Shown here in pieces: positions 1 through 11,419 of a stretch of 64,000 nucleotides of DNA. The DNA is from an uncultured delta proteobacterium (GTDB taxonomy: Bacteria; Desulfobacterota; Desulfobaccia; Desulfobaccales; Desulfobaccaceae): the NCBI GenBank assembly GCA_963780995.1, contig CAWAEI010000013.1:7550-71549 (forward strand), written 5' to 3'. A program made the position numbers and the translations under genes. The notes under the pieces were generated by a model. That model worked only from the letters and a program-made list of their open reading frames with translations. It had not been told where the DNA came from and made no database searches. Positions within the stretch are counted from its first letter, which is position 1, and each line of letters opens with the position of its first letter.

Positions 1-1333
1 CCGGTTCGGTGCCGGAAGGACGCAGGCAGATCCAGGTGCCGTCGGCCAGGATATATTTATGGCCATCCAGGGTGACATGCTGGGTCACCGGTTGTCCGGC
101 CAGGCTTTGGGGCGGCTGTTTTAGTTTGCCCAGCAGTTCGGCCTTGGCGCCGGGAGAAAGTGACAGATTCAGGCGGCGGGTATACACCGGTCCTACTTTG
201 GCGAACAGTTCATCCCGGAGTTGGGGCAGACCTTGCTTTTTCCGGGCCACCATTTCGGCCACCAGAATACAGGCCAGGATGCCGTCTTTTTCGGGCAGAT
301 GCCCGCGCATGGAGAAGCCGTCAGCTTCCTCGCCAATCATGGTTACCTGGTCTTGAACGATGTAAGCGGCCAGATTTTTAAAGCCCACTTTGGTTTCGTA
401 AACCGGCAGGCCGTGATAGGCCGCCACCCGGTCAATTAGCTGGGTGGTGGCGACGCTGCGGGCGACCCCCTGTTTCCAACCCCGGGTTTCCACCAGATAA
501 TCCAACAGCAGGCTCAGAATCAGGTTGGCCTCATAATACTGGCCCTGATTGTCCACCACCCCGAAACGGTCGGCATCGGCGTCCACGGCCAGACCCAGGT
601 GGGCCCCGGTGGCCTTGACCTCGTATCCCAATTCGGTGAGAAAATCTCCGGTGGGCTCCGGCCGGTGGCCCCCAAAATAGGGGTCCCGCCAGTCGTGAAT
701 TACTTCAACCTCGACACCGGCTTCTTCGAGGAAGCGGTCCAGGTAACCCACGGCCGTGCCGTACAGGGTGTCCACGACAATTTTCAAACCGGCCTGGTTG
801 ATAAGACTGACGTCAATCTTGGTAGCCAGGTCCTGGAGATAATCCTCCCGCGGCTCGAGGTCGGTGACCAGGTGGCTTTCCCTGGCCTGGTCCAGGGGCA
901 TACTTCGCACTTTATCCGGGGTTAAGGCCAGGATCTTCGCTTCGATGGCATTCGTAACCGAGGTGGGGGCCGGGCCACCCCAATGGGGCGAAAACTTTAT
1001 GCCATTATATTCCCCGGGATTATGGCTGGCAGTTATGGTTAGGCCGCCATCCCGCCGCCCCTGGAGAATGGCAAAGGTCACCACCGGGGTGGGGATGGTG
1101 CGAACCCCCAGGAAGCTGGGGATGCCGTTGCCGGCCAGAACTTCGGCGGCCATGGCCGCAAAGTCTTCTGACATAAAACGGGTGTCATACCCTATGACTA
1201 GGCCCCTGGAAGTCAATTGTTCGCTTTTCAGATAATCGGCAATTCCCTGGCAGACCAGACGAGCGTTGGCAAAGGTGAAGTCATCGGCGATGATGCCCCG
1301 CCAACCGGAAGTGCCGAATTTGATTTCGGTCAT
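1..1333 (-). CDS. Phosphoglucomutase/phosphomannomutase family protein (3' end outside window)
   Basis: Reverse-strand translation from ATG at 1333 gives MTEIKFGTSGWRGIIADDFTF, then ITASHNP (phosphoserine motif) and DADADRFG (metal loop). Absent from the ORF track because it has no stop codon in the window. Confidence 0.92.
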   Translation of the reverse strand, partial: MTEIKFGTSGWRGIIADDFTFANARLVCQGIADYLKSEQLTSRGLVIGYDTRFMSEDFAAMAAEVLAGNGIPSFLGVRTIPTPVVTFAILQGRRDGGLTITASHNPGEYNGIKFSPHWGGPAPTSVTNAIEAKILALTPDKVRSMPLDQARESHLVTDLEPREDYLQDLATKIDVSLINQAGLKIVVDTLYGTAVGYLDRFLEEAGVEVEVIHDWRDPYFGGHRPEPTGDFLTELGYEVKATGAHLGLAVDADADRFGVVDNQGQYYEANLILSLLLDYLVETRGWKQGVARSVATTQLIDRVAAYHGLPVYETKVGFKNLAAYIVQDQVTMIGEEADGFSMRGHLPEKDGILACILVAEMVARKKQGLPQLRDELFAKVGPVYTRRLNLSLSPGAKAELLGKLKQPPQSLAGQPVTQHVTLDGHKYILADGTWICLRPSGTEP

Positions 1334-1395
1334 GGAGTATCCCTGGATAGTCAGCCTTTACCATCTTGGCTTGCAGGTAATGGGATTTATAGTCT

Positions 1396-1483
1396 TTGCC
1401 AAAAGTATTGTCTTGTTCACCCCTCACCCTAACCCTCTCCCCTCGAGGGGAGAGGGGAAAATAAAGGACAGAACTTTTGGCAA
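1396..1483. repeat. ~88-bp MITE-like element with TTGCCAAAAGT...ACTTTTGGCAA terminal inverted repeats and internal CCCTCTCCC/GGGAGAGGG hairpin
   Basis: A near-identical copy lies in the opposite orientation at 33600-33686. Confidence 0.8.
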
Positions 1484-1554
1484 TCGGTATAAAACCTTTA
1501 GGCCTCTATGGGCGAGTATGAGAAAATATAAAAAACTTTCAACCGAGTGAGATA

Positions 1555-1599
1555 AAAAAGGGAAAAGACTCTGAGGCATCTATGGTCTTTTCCCTTTTT
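1555..1599. terminator. Intrinsic terminator downstream of ahcY (potentially bidirectional)
   Basis: AAAAAGGGAAAAGAC...GTCTTTTCCCTTTTT stem with A and T tracts. Confidence 0.7.
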
Positions 1600-1629
1600 G
1601 TAACACAAAAGCGGGCCAGAGGAAACTTT

Positions 1630-2982
<1,353 letters not shown>

Positions 2983-4149
2983 TTAAATCCCGGCCTTTTC
3001 TTTTAATAGATCAATGCGATTGGTCTGCTCCCAGGCGAAATCGGGGTCTGGACGGCCGAAATGTCCGTAAGCCGCGGTTTTCTTAAAGATCGGGCGCAAC
3101 ATATCCAGATAGCTAATCATGGCCGCCGGCTTCAGACTAAAGGTGGTACGAATGATCTCCTGGATCTGGGCATCCGGTATGATGCCGGTGTCATAAGTAT
3201 TAACCACAATAGACAGGGGTTCAGCCACGCCGATGGAGTAAGCCGCTTGAACTTCACAGCGTTTGGCCAGACCTGCGGCCACAATGTTTTTGGCCACATG
3301 CCTAAGCATGTATGAGGAGGTGCGGTCCACTTTGGAAGGATCTTTGCCGGAAAAAGCGCCGCCGCCGTGATAACCGGCGCCCCCATAGGTATCCACGATA
3401 ATTTTGCGTCCGGTGACCCCGCAGTCTCCCAAGGGGCCACCAACCACAAACCGACCGGTGGTATTGACCAGAAAACGGGTGTCGGGTTGAAGCAGTTCCG
3501 CCGGGATAACCTTTTTGATAACCTCTTCAATGACCGCTTCTTTTACCTGGGAATGGCTGACTTCCGGATTATGCTGGGCCGCCACCACCACGGTGTGGAT
3601 GGATTGCGGGGCGCCATTTTCATAGTGCACCGTTACTTGGGTTTTACCGTCCGGTCGCAGGAAAGGCACGGTGCCATCTTTGCGCACTTTTGCCAGCCGC
3701 TCGGCTAAGCGGTGGGCATACCAGATGGGCATAGGCATCAATTCTTCGGTTTCATCACAAGCAAAACCGAACATCAGACCCTGATCGCCAGCTCCCTGCT
3801 CCGGAAACAGGCCCCGGCCATCTACGCCCATGGCGATATCAGGGGACTGTCTATCCAAGGAAGTCACTACGGCACAGGTCTCCCAATCAAAACCCATGGA
3901 AGAGTCGCAGTAGCCGATTTCTTTAATCGTATTGCGGACAATACTGGGAATGTCCACTATGGCGGTAGTCGTAATCTCTCCGGCGATAAATGCCAGCCCT
4001 GTAGTAACCAGGGTCTCGCAGGCGACCCGGGCATACTTGTCCTGCCCGATGATGGCGTCTAACACAGCATCGGAAATTTGATCGGAAACTTTGTCGGGAT
4101 GTCCCTCCGTTACTGACTCGGAAGAAAAGAGAAAATCTTTGATAGCCAT
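2983..4149 (-). CDS. metK: S-adenosylmethionine synthetase
   Basis: Motifs [17 protein letters not shown] and GGGAFSGKD. Confidence 0.98.
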   Translation of the reverse strand: MAIKDFLFSSESVTEGHPDKVSDQISDAVLDAIIGQDKYARVACETLVTTGLAFIAGEITTTAIVDIPSIVRNTIKEIGYCDSSMGFDWETCAVVTSLDRQSPDIAMGVDGRGLFPEQGAGDQGLMFGFACDETEELMPMPIWYAHRLAERLAKVRKDGTVPFLRPDGKTQVTVHYENGAPQSIHTVVVAAQHNPEVSHSQVKEAVIEEVIKKVIPAELLQPDTRFLVNTTGRFVVGGPLGDCGVTGRKIIVDTYGGAGYHGGGAFSGKDPSKVDRTSSYMLRHVAKNIVAAGLAKRCEVQAAYSIGVAEPLSIVVNTYDTGIIPDAQIQEIIRTTFSLKPAAMISYLDMLRPIFKKTAAYGHFGRPDPDFAWEQTNRIDLLKEKAGI

Positions 4150-4376
4150 GCCGCCGGCTCCTTATGACAAAAATATTTTGGGCCGAGACCACCCGGCCTT
4201 ACAACAAAAAGAGCAAAATTGAGTCGAAAAATTTCTTGGGATGTCTTCAGGTAGATGACCCGGAAGGAAAGCAGGTATTCCTCTGGCTTTCAGGTAGTAA
4301 TCTTACATTTTCCGCCCCACGTGCACCAGGCTGGAAACTTTCCGGGTTAAAACCCATGTACTTTATACAAAAAAAA

Positions 4377-4755
4377 TTATAAAGACAATACTTTTTTGGG
4401 CATCGGCAGTTTTGGACGGTTGACCGAGTCCACATACACTATCTGGGGCTGGTGCTTTTCGAGTTCACCGGCATCCAAACCGGCAAAGGTGGTAATAATT
4501 ATTAAATCGCCGGGCATGCCCTTCCGGGCTGCGGCTCCGTTCAAGCACATGACGCCACTCCCGGCGTCCCCTTCAATGGCATAGGTCTCGAACCGTTCGC
4601 CATTGTTAATATTATAGACATAAACCATCTCATAGGGCAGGATATTGGCCAGCTGCCATGAGCTGGCCGTCGATGGTCAGGGAACCTTCGTAGGACAGGT
4701 TCGCTTCGGTGATGGTGGCTCGGTGAATTTTAGATTTCAGCATTGTGCGGACCAT
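4377..4755 (-). CDS. panD: Aspartate 1-decarboxylase (1-bp frameshift near 4655, likely assembly error)
   Basis: [29 protein letters not shown] from ATG at 4755, continuing in another frame as [11 protein letters not shown]...LNGAAAR. Confidence 0.93.
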
Positions 4756-4756
4756 A

Positions 4757-5605
4757 TTAGGGCACCTCTAAAAGGATATTATCGATAAGGCGAGTGCGGC
4801 CTACCCAGGCGGCAACGGCCAGACGGGCTTGTCCATCTATCTCAGCAATTTCTTCCAGAGTCCGGTTGTCGACCAAGACCAGGTAATCCAGGGTAATAAG
4901 TGGATCGGTCAAGAACAGGGGTTTTAGGACGGCAAAAATATTTGGACGGGAACGTTCCCCGTTAGCCACCAGTTCCCGGGCCTTGAACAGGGACTGGGAT
5001 AATTTGAGGGCAGAACGGCGTTCCTCGGAGCTTAGATAGACATTTCGGGAACTCAAGGCCAGCCCGTCCGGTTCCCGCACCAGAGGACGGCCCACCACTT
5101 CCACCGACAGGTTGAAGTCGGCAGCCAGGCGCTGCAGGGTGATTAACTGTTGATAATCTTTTTCCCCGAAGACGGCGACCTGAGGCTGCACCAGATTAAA
5201 AAGCTTGAGCACCACGGTGGCCACTCCCCGGAAATGCGTGGGTCGGGAAGCGCCGCAGAGGCCTTGGGTCACCTTTGCCACAGTGACAAAAGTTTGATAC
5301 CCGGCAGGATACATTTGGACCGCATCCGGGGCGAAGATCAGGTCCACCCCCACATTCCGGGCCAGATCGCAATCCCGCTCAAAATCACGGGGGTAATGGC
5401 CCAGATCCTCCTGGGGGCCGAACTGGGTAGGATTGACGAAGATACTGACCACCAGGTGATCTCCCCGGCTCCGGCCATATTCCATGAGGCTGAGATGTCC
5501 CTGATGAAAATAACCCATGGTGGGAACCAGAGCGATCCTGTCACCCCGGGCGCGCCAGCCCAAAGCCAGATTTTGCATCTCTTGGATGTCGGTGATGACC
5601 TGCAT
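4757..5605 (-). CDS. panC: Pantoate--beta-alanine ligase
   Basis: Motifs [31 protein letters not shown] and RLIDN. Confidence 0.97.
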   Translation of the reverse strand: MQVITDIQEMQNLALGWRARGDRIALVPTMGYFHQGHLSLMEYGRSRGDHLVVSIFVNPTQFGPQEDLGHYPRDFERDCDLARNVGVDLIFAPDAVQMYPAGYQTFVTVAKVTQGLCGASRPTHFRGVATVVLKLFNLVQPQVAVFGEKDYQQLITLQRLAADFNLSVEVVGRPLVREPDGLALSSRNVYLSSEERRSALKLSQSLFKARELVANGERSRPNIFAVLKPLFLTDPLITLDYLVLVDNRTLEEIAEIDGQARLAVAAWVGRTRLIDNILLEVP

Positions 5606-5624
5606 CGGCGAGGAAGGTTACCTC

Positions 5625-5708
5625 AAAAAAAAACTCCAGACTGATCCGCTGGAGGTTGCATGCTAAGCAATCGGCGAGTCTCAGTCCACCCGGGTTGGAT
5701 CCAAGCTC
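5625..5708 (-). ncRNA. pan RNA motif-like leader (bulged-A hairpin) followed by intrinsic terminator
   Basis: Minus strand GAGCTTGGATCCAACCCGGGTGGACTGAGACTC forms a hairpin with bulged A residues, followed by CTCCAG-N9-CTGGAG-T9 directly upstream of panC-panD. Position and structure fit the known pan motif. Confidence 0.75.
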
Positions 5709-5902
5709 AATAATTAATTATTTTTAAATGTAACAATTTTGTTTCCACCTTGTCAAGAAAAGGGAAAATTTTCTTGTCTAAATTAATTCAGTGAACTCGG
5801 AGTAAGAGTTCACCGGCGTCCGGTTTTTCCTCCTTTCCTTAAGTTGCAGAATTGGACCGGAATAGTTACAGTTAGGCTTAATTCAACTTTAAAGGGATTG
5901 CC

Positions 5903-6394
5903 ATGGGGAATACGGCTAAAGATGTCATGGAACGGCGTTTCTTGACAGTAAATGCGGAGATGACCATTCGAGAAGCGGTGGGGGTATTTCGCCAGGCTAC
6001 GGAAGCCACCGGCCAGCGGGTCTTCGGCCTGATGGTGACAGACGATCAGGGAAAGCTGGTAGGCATGCTCTCCATGTATGATATCTTCCTGCTCTTACGT
6101 CCCAAACACATCCATATTTGGGGGGAGATGAATGATCTTGACCTCTCTGGCATCATTGACACCGCCTGTCACAAAGCTGGCAAGATGTTGGTGGGGGACA
6201 TCATGACCACTGATCTCATCACCATCACTCCGGATACGAATCTACTCCATGTCTTGGATATAATGATCAAGAAACACGTTCGCCGGATACCGGTAATGGA
6301 GGCTGGCGCAGTGATCGGTATGGTATATATTTCCAGGGTGTTCTATCATTTCTTGGATAAATTGACCGGCGCCGCTGAGATTGATAGAGAGTAA
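5903..6394 (+). CDS. CBS domain pair protein
   Basis: TAKDVM..., LVGDIMT..., VRRIPV...GMV CBS patterns. Confidence 0.88.
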   Translation: MGNTAKDVMERRFLTVNAEMTIREAVGVFRQATEATGQRVFGLMVTDDQGKLVGMLSMYDIFLLLRPKHIHIWGEMNDLDLSGIIDTACHKAGKMLVGDIMTTDLITITPDTNLLHVLDIMIKKHVRRIPVMEAGAVIGMVYISRVFYHFLDKLTGAAEIDRE

Positions 6395-6397
6395 GAT

Positions 6398-7288
6398 ATG
6401 TCGCTCATCGACCATCTCCAGGTATTGAAAGGTCTCACCGTGCAGGACGCCATGCGCCGGCAGGTGATCCAACTGTCCGCCGCCGCCCTGCTGTCCCAGG
6501 CCAGCCGCGCCATGATTAAGTACAAGGTTAACGCTATTCTGGTTACTGGTCAGGCCCAGGAAGCCCTGGGCGTAGTTTCCAAAACCGACCTGATGACCGC
6601 CTACTATGGCGGCCTGCCTTTGGAGACCCCGGTGGCAAGCATCATGATGGGGCCACTTCGATTTTGTCACCTCCAAGATTCCCTGGACGACGCTCTGGAT
6701 CAGATGCGGGAGCATGGCATCCATCGTTTATATGTCACTGGCGGGGAAACAGAAACCGTCGCCGGTGTTTTGGCCTTTCCGGACATTGTCGGCATGCTCT
6801 ACCGCTATTGTCATCGCTGCGACCGGAGTCTGCTGCAGCGTCGGGAGAAGCAGGACGAGCCGCAGTGGCGTGATCAATTTTATGTTCGGGAAGTAATGAC
6901 GCCCACGGTGGCCTTTTTCTCCGAAAGTGATAGCTTGTGGGACGTCATGGGAGGACTGGCAGCGAATAAATTCGGCGCCGTGCCCATCGTCGACGCCGCC
7001 GGCCACCCGGTGGGAGTAGTCTCCAAATCCGACCTGGTGATGGCCTATCTCCACGGTGTCCCTCCCGAAACAGAAGCCCAGACCGTCATGAACGCACCGG
7101 TGTTAGCCTGCGATCAGGATGAATTGCTGCTGACCGTAATCAAGCAGATGATCTATTCCGATCTCCACCGCATCTTTGTGTATAAAGACCAGCCGCAGTC
7201 TCTGGTGGGGGTGCTGTCGCTGTCCGATGCCGCCCGCTTTCGGTCCGGCTCCTGCCGGGCCTGTCTGGTAAGCCGGATAAAGATCTAA
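6398..7288 (+). CDS. Tandem CBS domain protein (4 CBS) with two CxxC motifs
   Basis: Two internally similar halves (GVVSKTDL / GVVSKSDL), each ending in a Cys pair (CHRC, CRAC). Confidence 0.85.
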   Translation: MSLIDHLQVLKGLTVQDAMRRQVIQLSAAALLSQASRAMIKYKVNAILVTGQAQEALGVVSKTDLMTAYYGGLPLETPVASIMMGPLRFCHLQDSLDDALDQMREHGIHRLYVTGGETETVAGVLAFPDIVGMLYRYCHRCDRSLLQRREKQDEPQWRDQFYVREVMTPTVAFFSESDSLWDVMGGLAANKFGAVPIVDAAGHPVGVVSKSDLVMAYLHGVPPETEAQTVMNAPVLACDQDELLLTVIKQMIYSDLHRIFVYKDQPQSLVGVLSLSDAARFRSGSCRACLVSRIKI

Positions 7289-7455
7289 GCCAAAAAGGTT
7301 AGGGAGGATCGGCTGCGTTCCGGGAGAAAAACTTTGTCTAGGCCACACCCAGCAGCCGGAGTTCAAGACGGTGCTTCTTAAACTGGCCAGCCTGCCGTTT
7401 GTGAAGCAGATCAAACAGTGTTTTTTTGAATAGCCCGAAGAGCAGGAGAACTCTT

Positions 7456-8052
7456 TTAAACCAAAAGATGCCGGTACAGGCCCCAGAGCTCAAACGCGCC
7501 TTGAAAGGTGAAATAGAGCCCGAAGCCGATAAAAATAACGGCAGCGCCGATCTTGATAGCCCGTTCCGGCAACTGTTTACCTAAGATCTGCCCCACCCAG
7601 ATGGCCAGAGCGTCCGAGAGCACCATGCCCAGGGTGGAGCCCAGCCAGACAGGGAACAGATCCTGACTGGCCGCCAGGGTGACGGTGCTGAGCATGGTTT
7701 TATCCCCCAGTTCCGCCAGGAAAAAAGTTATAAAAACGATGATAAAGGGGGACTTAAAACGGCGGTTGGAATAGTCTGCCTCATCCTCCAGAGTGTCGCC
7801 TCGCCAGGTCCACCAGCCGAAGCCGACAAAGGCCAGGCCGGATAGCAGGTAGATCCAGCCCTGGGGCAGGATATGGCTGGTGGCCCCGCCTAAAGCCACC
7901 GACAGGGCATGCACCGCCAGGGTGGCGACAAAAATTCCGGCCAACACCACTCCCGCCTTGAACCGGGTGGCCAGCAACAGCGCCACCAACTGCGTTTTGT
8001 CCCCTAGTTCGGCCAGAAAAATCAGCCCCAGAGATAACCAGAAAGCTTCCAT
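7456..8052 (-). CDS. TMEM165/GDT1 (UPF0016) family Mn2+/Ca2+ transporter
   Basis: Two ELGDKT motifs and hydrophobic helices. The true start is ATG at 8052 (MEAFW), because the ORF-track extension overlaps the riboswitch. Confidence 0.92.
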   Translation of the reverse strand: MEAFWLSLGLIFLAELGDKTQLVALLLATRFKAGVVLAGIFVATLAVHALSVALGGATSHILPQGWIYLLSGLAFVGFGWWTWRGDTLEDEADYSNRRFKSPFIIVFITFFLAELGDKTMLSTVTLAASQDLFPVWLGSTLGMVLSDALAIWVGQILGKQLPERAIKIGAAVIFIGFGLYFTFQGAFELWGLYRHLLV

Positions 8053-8071
8053 ACAATAGTTCCTTTCGGCC

Positions 8072-8186
8072 AAAAAAAAAGACCTCTGCACCAATGGTGC
8101 AAAAGTCTCGCTGAGCATATTTTTGCCGGTAACGCCAGGCTCGTGCCAGTATGTTGACGTTACCCGGAGCAGCTACTCCCCTTTGC
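8072..8186 (-). ncRNA. yybP-ykoY manganese riboswitch with overlapping terminator
   Basis: Minus strand AAAGGGGAGTAGC...GTCAACATAC...TGGC...CAGCGAGACTTTTG, then GACTTTTGCACCA/TGGTGCAGAGGTC-T9, upstream of a UPF0016 gene (a known association). Confidence 0.9.
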
Positions 8187-8257
8187 TTGCTAGAAGATAT
8201 CTTTATCCGGAGAAAATTACAATACCCGCCCGAAAAAAAAACGTGCAATGAGGATGA

Positions 8258-11200
8258 TTAGTTCTTAATAATTTTGGGCCCGGGAACTTCTTTCGGACCG
8301 GTCCATTCCGGCTGTGGCGCCACCGTTGTCCCCCTGATGGGGACATTTTCCCGCCGGAACCAACTCTTTACCCGGCGATTGAAATTATCCAGATAAATGT
8401 AAATCACCGGGGTAATGTAAAGGGTAAGCACCTGGGAGAAGAGGAGGCCGCCGACCACGGCCAGACCCAGAGGTTGCCGGGCCTCGGAGCCGGCCCCGAC
8501 CCCCAGGGCAATGGGCAGCGTGCCGAACAGGGCCGCCATGGTGGTCATCATGATGGGTCGGAAGCGCAGCAGGCAGCCCTCGTAAATGGCCTCAGCCGGG
8601 GATTTGCCGTTCCGGCGCTGAGCCTCGAGGGCGAAATCGATCATCATAATGGCGTTTTTTTTGACGATGCCGATGAGCATAATAACACCCACAAAGGCAT
8701 ACAGATTTAAATCCATGTTGAACAGCTTCAGGGTTACCAGGGCCCCAAAGCCTGCCGAAGGCAGCCCCGAAAGAATAGTCAGGGGGTGAATGAAGCTTTC
8801 GTACAGGATGCCTAACACCAGATAGATGACTAAAATCGCCATGATCAGGAGCAGACCCAGCCCCTGAAGGGATGATTGGAAGGCCTGGGCCGTGCCTTGG
8901 AAGCTGGTGGTGATGGACGCCGGAATATCCCGGGCCAGCTTGTTGATTTGGGCCACGGCATCCCCCAGCGCCACCCCGGGTTTGAAGTTAAAAGAGATGG
9001 TCACCGATGGAATCTGTCCGGAGTGGTTAATGGTTAAGGCCCCGGCGCCACGGCTCAGTTTTGCCACCGTCGCCAGAGGCACTAGTCTCCCCTGATCGGC
9101 GCGGACGTAGAGCATTCCCAATGCCCCGGGATCCATTTGATACTGCGGCAGCAGTTCCATAATCACCCAGTATTGATTCGTGGGGGTGTAAATGGTGGAA
9201 ACCTGCCGGGAGCCGTAAGCATTGGCCAGGGCATTTTCAAGTTGTTCGGCACTGACGCCTAAAGCTGAGGCCTTATCTCGATCTATGGCTACCAAGATTT
9301 CGGGACTGTTAAGCTGCAGATCGCTGTTGACATCGGTGAATCCCTCTAACTGCCGCATCCGCTCTTCAATTTTGGGGGCCCAGCGGTAGAGTTCGTCCAT
9401 ATCGGCCGATTGCAGGGTAAATTGGTAGGGGCTTTTGGTTAACTGGCCGCCGATGCGGATGGACGGCGGCACCTGCATAAAGGCTCTGATACCGGTCACC
9501 TGGGCCAACTGCGGTCTCAGGTCCTGCAGGATCTGATTGACATGCGGGCGCTCGGACCTGGGTTTAAATCGGGCAATAATGATGCCCGAGTTGACCGTCA
9601 TATTGGTGCCGCCGGCACCCACAAAAGACATAGATGAGGCTATAAACGGGTTTTTCCCGATAATGGCGGCCAACTCCTTCTGGTGCCGCACCATGTTATC
9701 AAAGGAGCTATCCTGGGGCCCTTCGGTAAAGGTAAAAATCTGGCCCGTGTCCTGATCCGGCAGGAACCCTTTGGGAATGGCCATGAACAGGTAACCGGTG
9801 AGGATCAGGACCAGCCAGAAGACCACCATCGTGGCGCGGCGATGTCGCAAAACTTTCTGCAGACTCCAATCGTAACCCCGGAGCAGGCCATCAAAAAAGC
9901 GCTCGAAAAATTGATAGAACCGGCCATGTCTGGCCTTGCCGGGCGGCTTTAAAAAGCGGGAACATAGCATGGGCGTCAGTGACAGGGAGATAAACCCGGA
10001 GATCAAGATGGCCACCGAGATGACGACGGCAAATTCATTAAGCAGACGTCCGACCACGCCGCCCATGAAAAGGACCGGAATAAAAACCGCAGCCAAAGAT
10101 AGGGTCATGGAGAGAATGGTGAAGGCAATTTCCTTGGAGCCAGCAAAGGTGGCACTCAGGGTGTCTTTCCCCATTTCTTGATGGCGGACGATATTTTCCA
10201 GCATGACGATGGCGTCATCCACCACGAAGCCCACGCTCAGAGTGAGGGCCATGAGGGAGAGGTTATCCAGACTGAAACCCAACAGGTGCATGGCGGCAAA
10301 GGTCCCCACAATAGACATTGGTACCGCCAGACTCGGAATCACCGTAGCCGAGATATTACGCAAGAAGAGGAAGATCACCAGGATGACCAGGCAAACGGTA
10401 ATAACTAAAGTAAACTGGACATCGTGGATCGATTCCTGAATGGAAACGGACCGGTCATAGAGGACATTCAGGCTGATGGCCGCAGGTAACTGCGCCCTGA
10501 AGCTGGGGAGCAGTTTTTTGACATTTTCCGCCACTTCCACCGTATTGGTGCCAGGCTGGCGTTTGATAGCCAGGACGATGGCTCTGGTTTGATTGTACCA
10601 AGTGGCCACCCGTTCCGTTTGAACGCTGTCTTTGATCTCACCTATTTCGTCCAACCGCACCGGTTTGCCGTTGCGGTAGGCGACGATCAAAGGGCGATAG
10701 GCGGCGGCGTCCAGTAATTGGCCGCTGGCCTTGATAGTGAAGGACTGAGCTGCCTTATCAATGGTGCCGGTGGGAAGATTAACATTTCCCGCCGCAATTG
10801 CCTTTTGCACTTCATCGATGCCTATGCCCCGGCTGGCCAGGGCATAGGGGTCCAACTGCACCCGCACAGCATATTTTTGCGCTCCATACACCAGTACCTG
10901 AGCCACACCGCTGATCATGGAGATGCGCTGGGACATATACGTCTGGCCGTATTCATCCACCGTGGATAACGGCAGGGTAGGTGAACTCAGGGCCAGGTAG
11001 AGAATGGGGAAGTCCGCGGGGTTGACCTTGGTAAAAACAGGCGGGCTGGGCATATCTTTGGGCAACTGCCCCAGGGTTTGGGAGATGGCCGCCTGGATAT
11101 CTAACGCCGCCGCGTCAATATCACGGTTCAAATTAAACTGCACCGTGATGCGGGTGCTCCCCAACGCACTGGTGGAGGTCATGGAATCGATGCCGGCAAT

Positions 11201-11419
11201 GGTGGCAAACTGTTTTTCCAGGGGGGTAGCCACGGCGGCGGCCATGGTTTCGGGAGAGGCTCCGGGGAGCGAGGCCGTCACCTGGATGGTGGGGAAATCG
11301 ACATTAGGGAGTTCACTTACCGGCAGGGACCGGTAGCCCATAAGCCCGGCCAATAAAATAGCCAGCATGACCAGGGTGGTCATGACCGGCCGGCGGATGA
11401 AAGGCTCGGCCAGATTCAC
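8258..11419 (-). CDS. RND efflux permease, MdtB/MdtC-like
   Basis: 1053 aa; FIRRPVMT start, VVDDAIVMLENI, GIVKKNAIMMIDFA and RFRPIMMTT. Confidence 0.95.
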   Translation of the reverse strand: MNLAEPFIRRPVMTTLVMLAILLAGLMGYRSLPVSELPNVDFPTIQVTASLPGASPETMAAAVATPLEKQFATIAGIDSMTSTSALGSTRITVQFNLNRDIDAAALDIQAAISQTLGQLPKDMPSPPVFTKVNPADFPILYLALSSPTLPLSTVDEYGQTYMSQRISMISGVAQVLVYGAQKYAVRVQLDPYALASRGIGIDEVQKAIAAGNVNLPTGTIDKAAQSFTIKASGQLLDAAAYRPLIVAYRNGKPVRLDEIGEIKDSVQTERVATWYNQTRAIVLAIKRQPGTNTVEVAENVKKLLPSFRAQLPAAISLNVLYDRSVSIQESIHDVQFTLVITVCLVILVIFLFLRNISATVIPSLAVPMSIVGTFAAMHLLGFSLDNLSLMALTLSVGFVVDDAIVMLENIVRHQEMGKDTLSATFAGSKEIAFTILSMTLSLAAVFIPVLFMGGVVGRLLNEFAVVISVAILISGFISLSLTPMLCSRFLKPPGKARHGRFYQFFERFFDGLLRGYDWSLQKVLRHRRATMVVFWLVLILTGYLFMAIPKGFLPDQDTGQIFTFTEGPQDSSFDNMVRHQKELAAIIGKNPFIASSMSFVGAGGTNMTVNSGIIIARFKPRSERPHVNQILQDLRPQLAQVTGIRAFMQVPPSIRIGGQLTKSPYQFTLQSADMDELYRWAPKIEERMRQLEGFTDVNSDLQLNSPEILVAIDRDKASALGVSAEQLENALANAYGSRQVSTIYTPTNQYWVIMELLPQYQMDPGALGMLYVRADQGRLVPLATVAKLSRGAGALTINHSGQIPSVTISFNFKPGVALGDAVAQINKLARDIPASITTSFQGTAQAFQSSLQGLGLLLIMAILVIYLVLGILYESFIHPLTILSGLPSAGFGALVTLKLFNMDLNLYAFVGVIMLIGIVKKNAIMMIDFALEAQRRNGKSPAEAIYEGCLLRFRPIMMTTMAALFGTLPIALGVGAGSEARQPLGLAVVGGLLFSQVLTLYITPVIYIYLDNFNRRVKSWFRRENVPIRGTTVAPQPEWTGPKEVPGPKIIKN

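Noticed and set aside
4245-4280. SRP (4.5S) RNA suggested by CCGGAAGGAAAGCAG
   Set aside because: It lacks the CAGG immediately 5' of the GGAA hairpin and the surrounding symmetrical stem on that strand.
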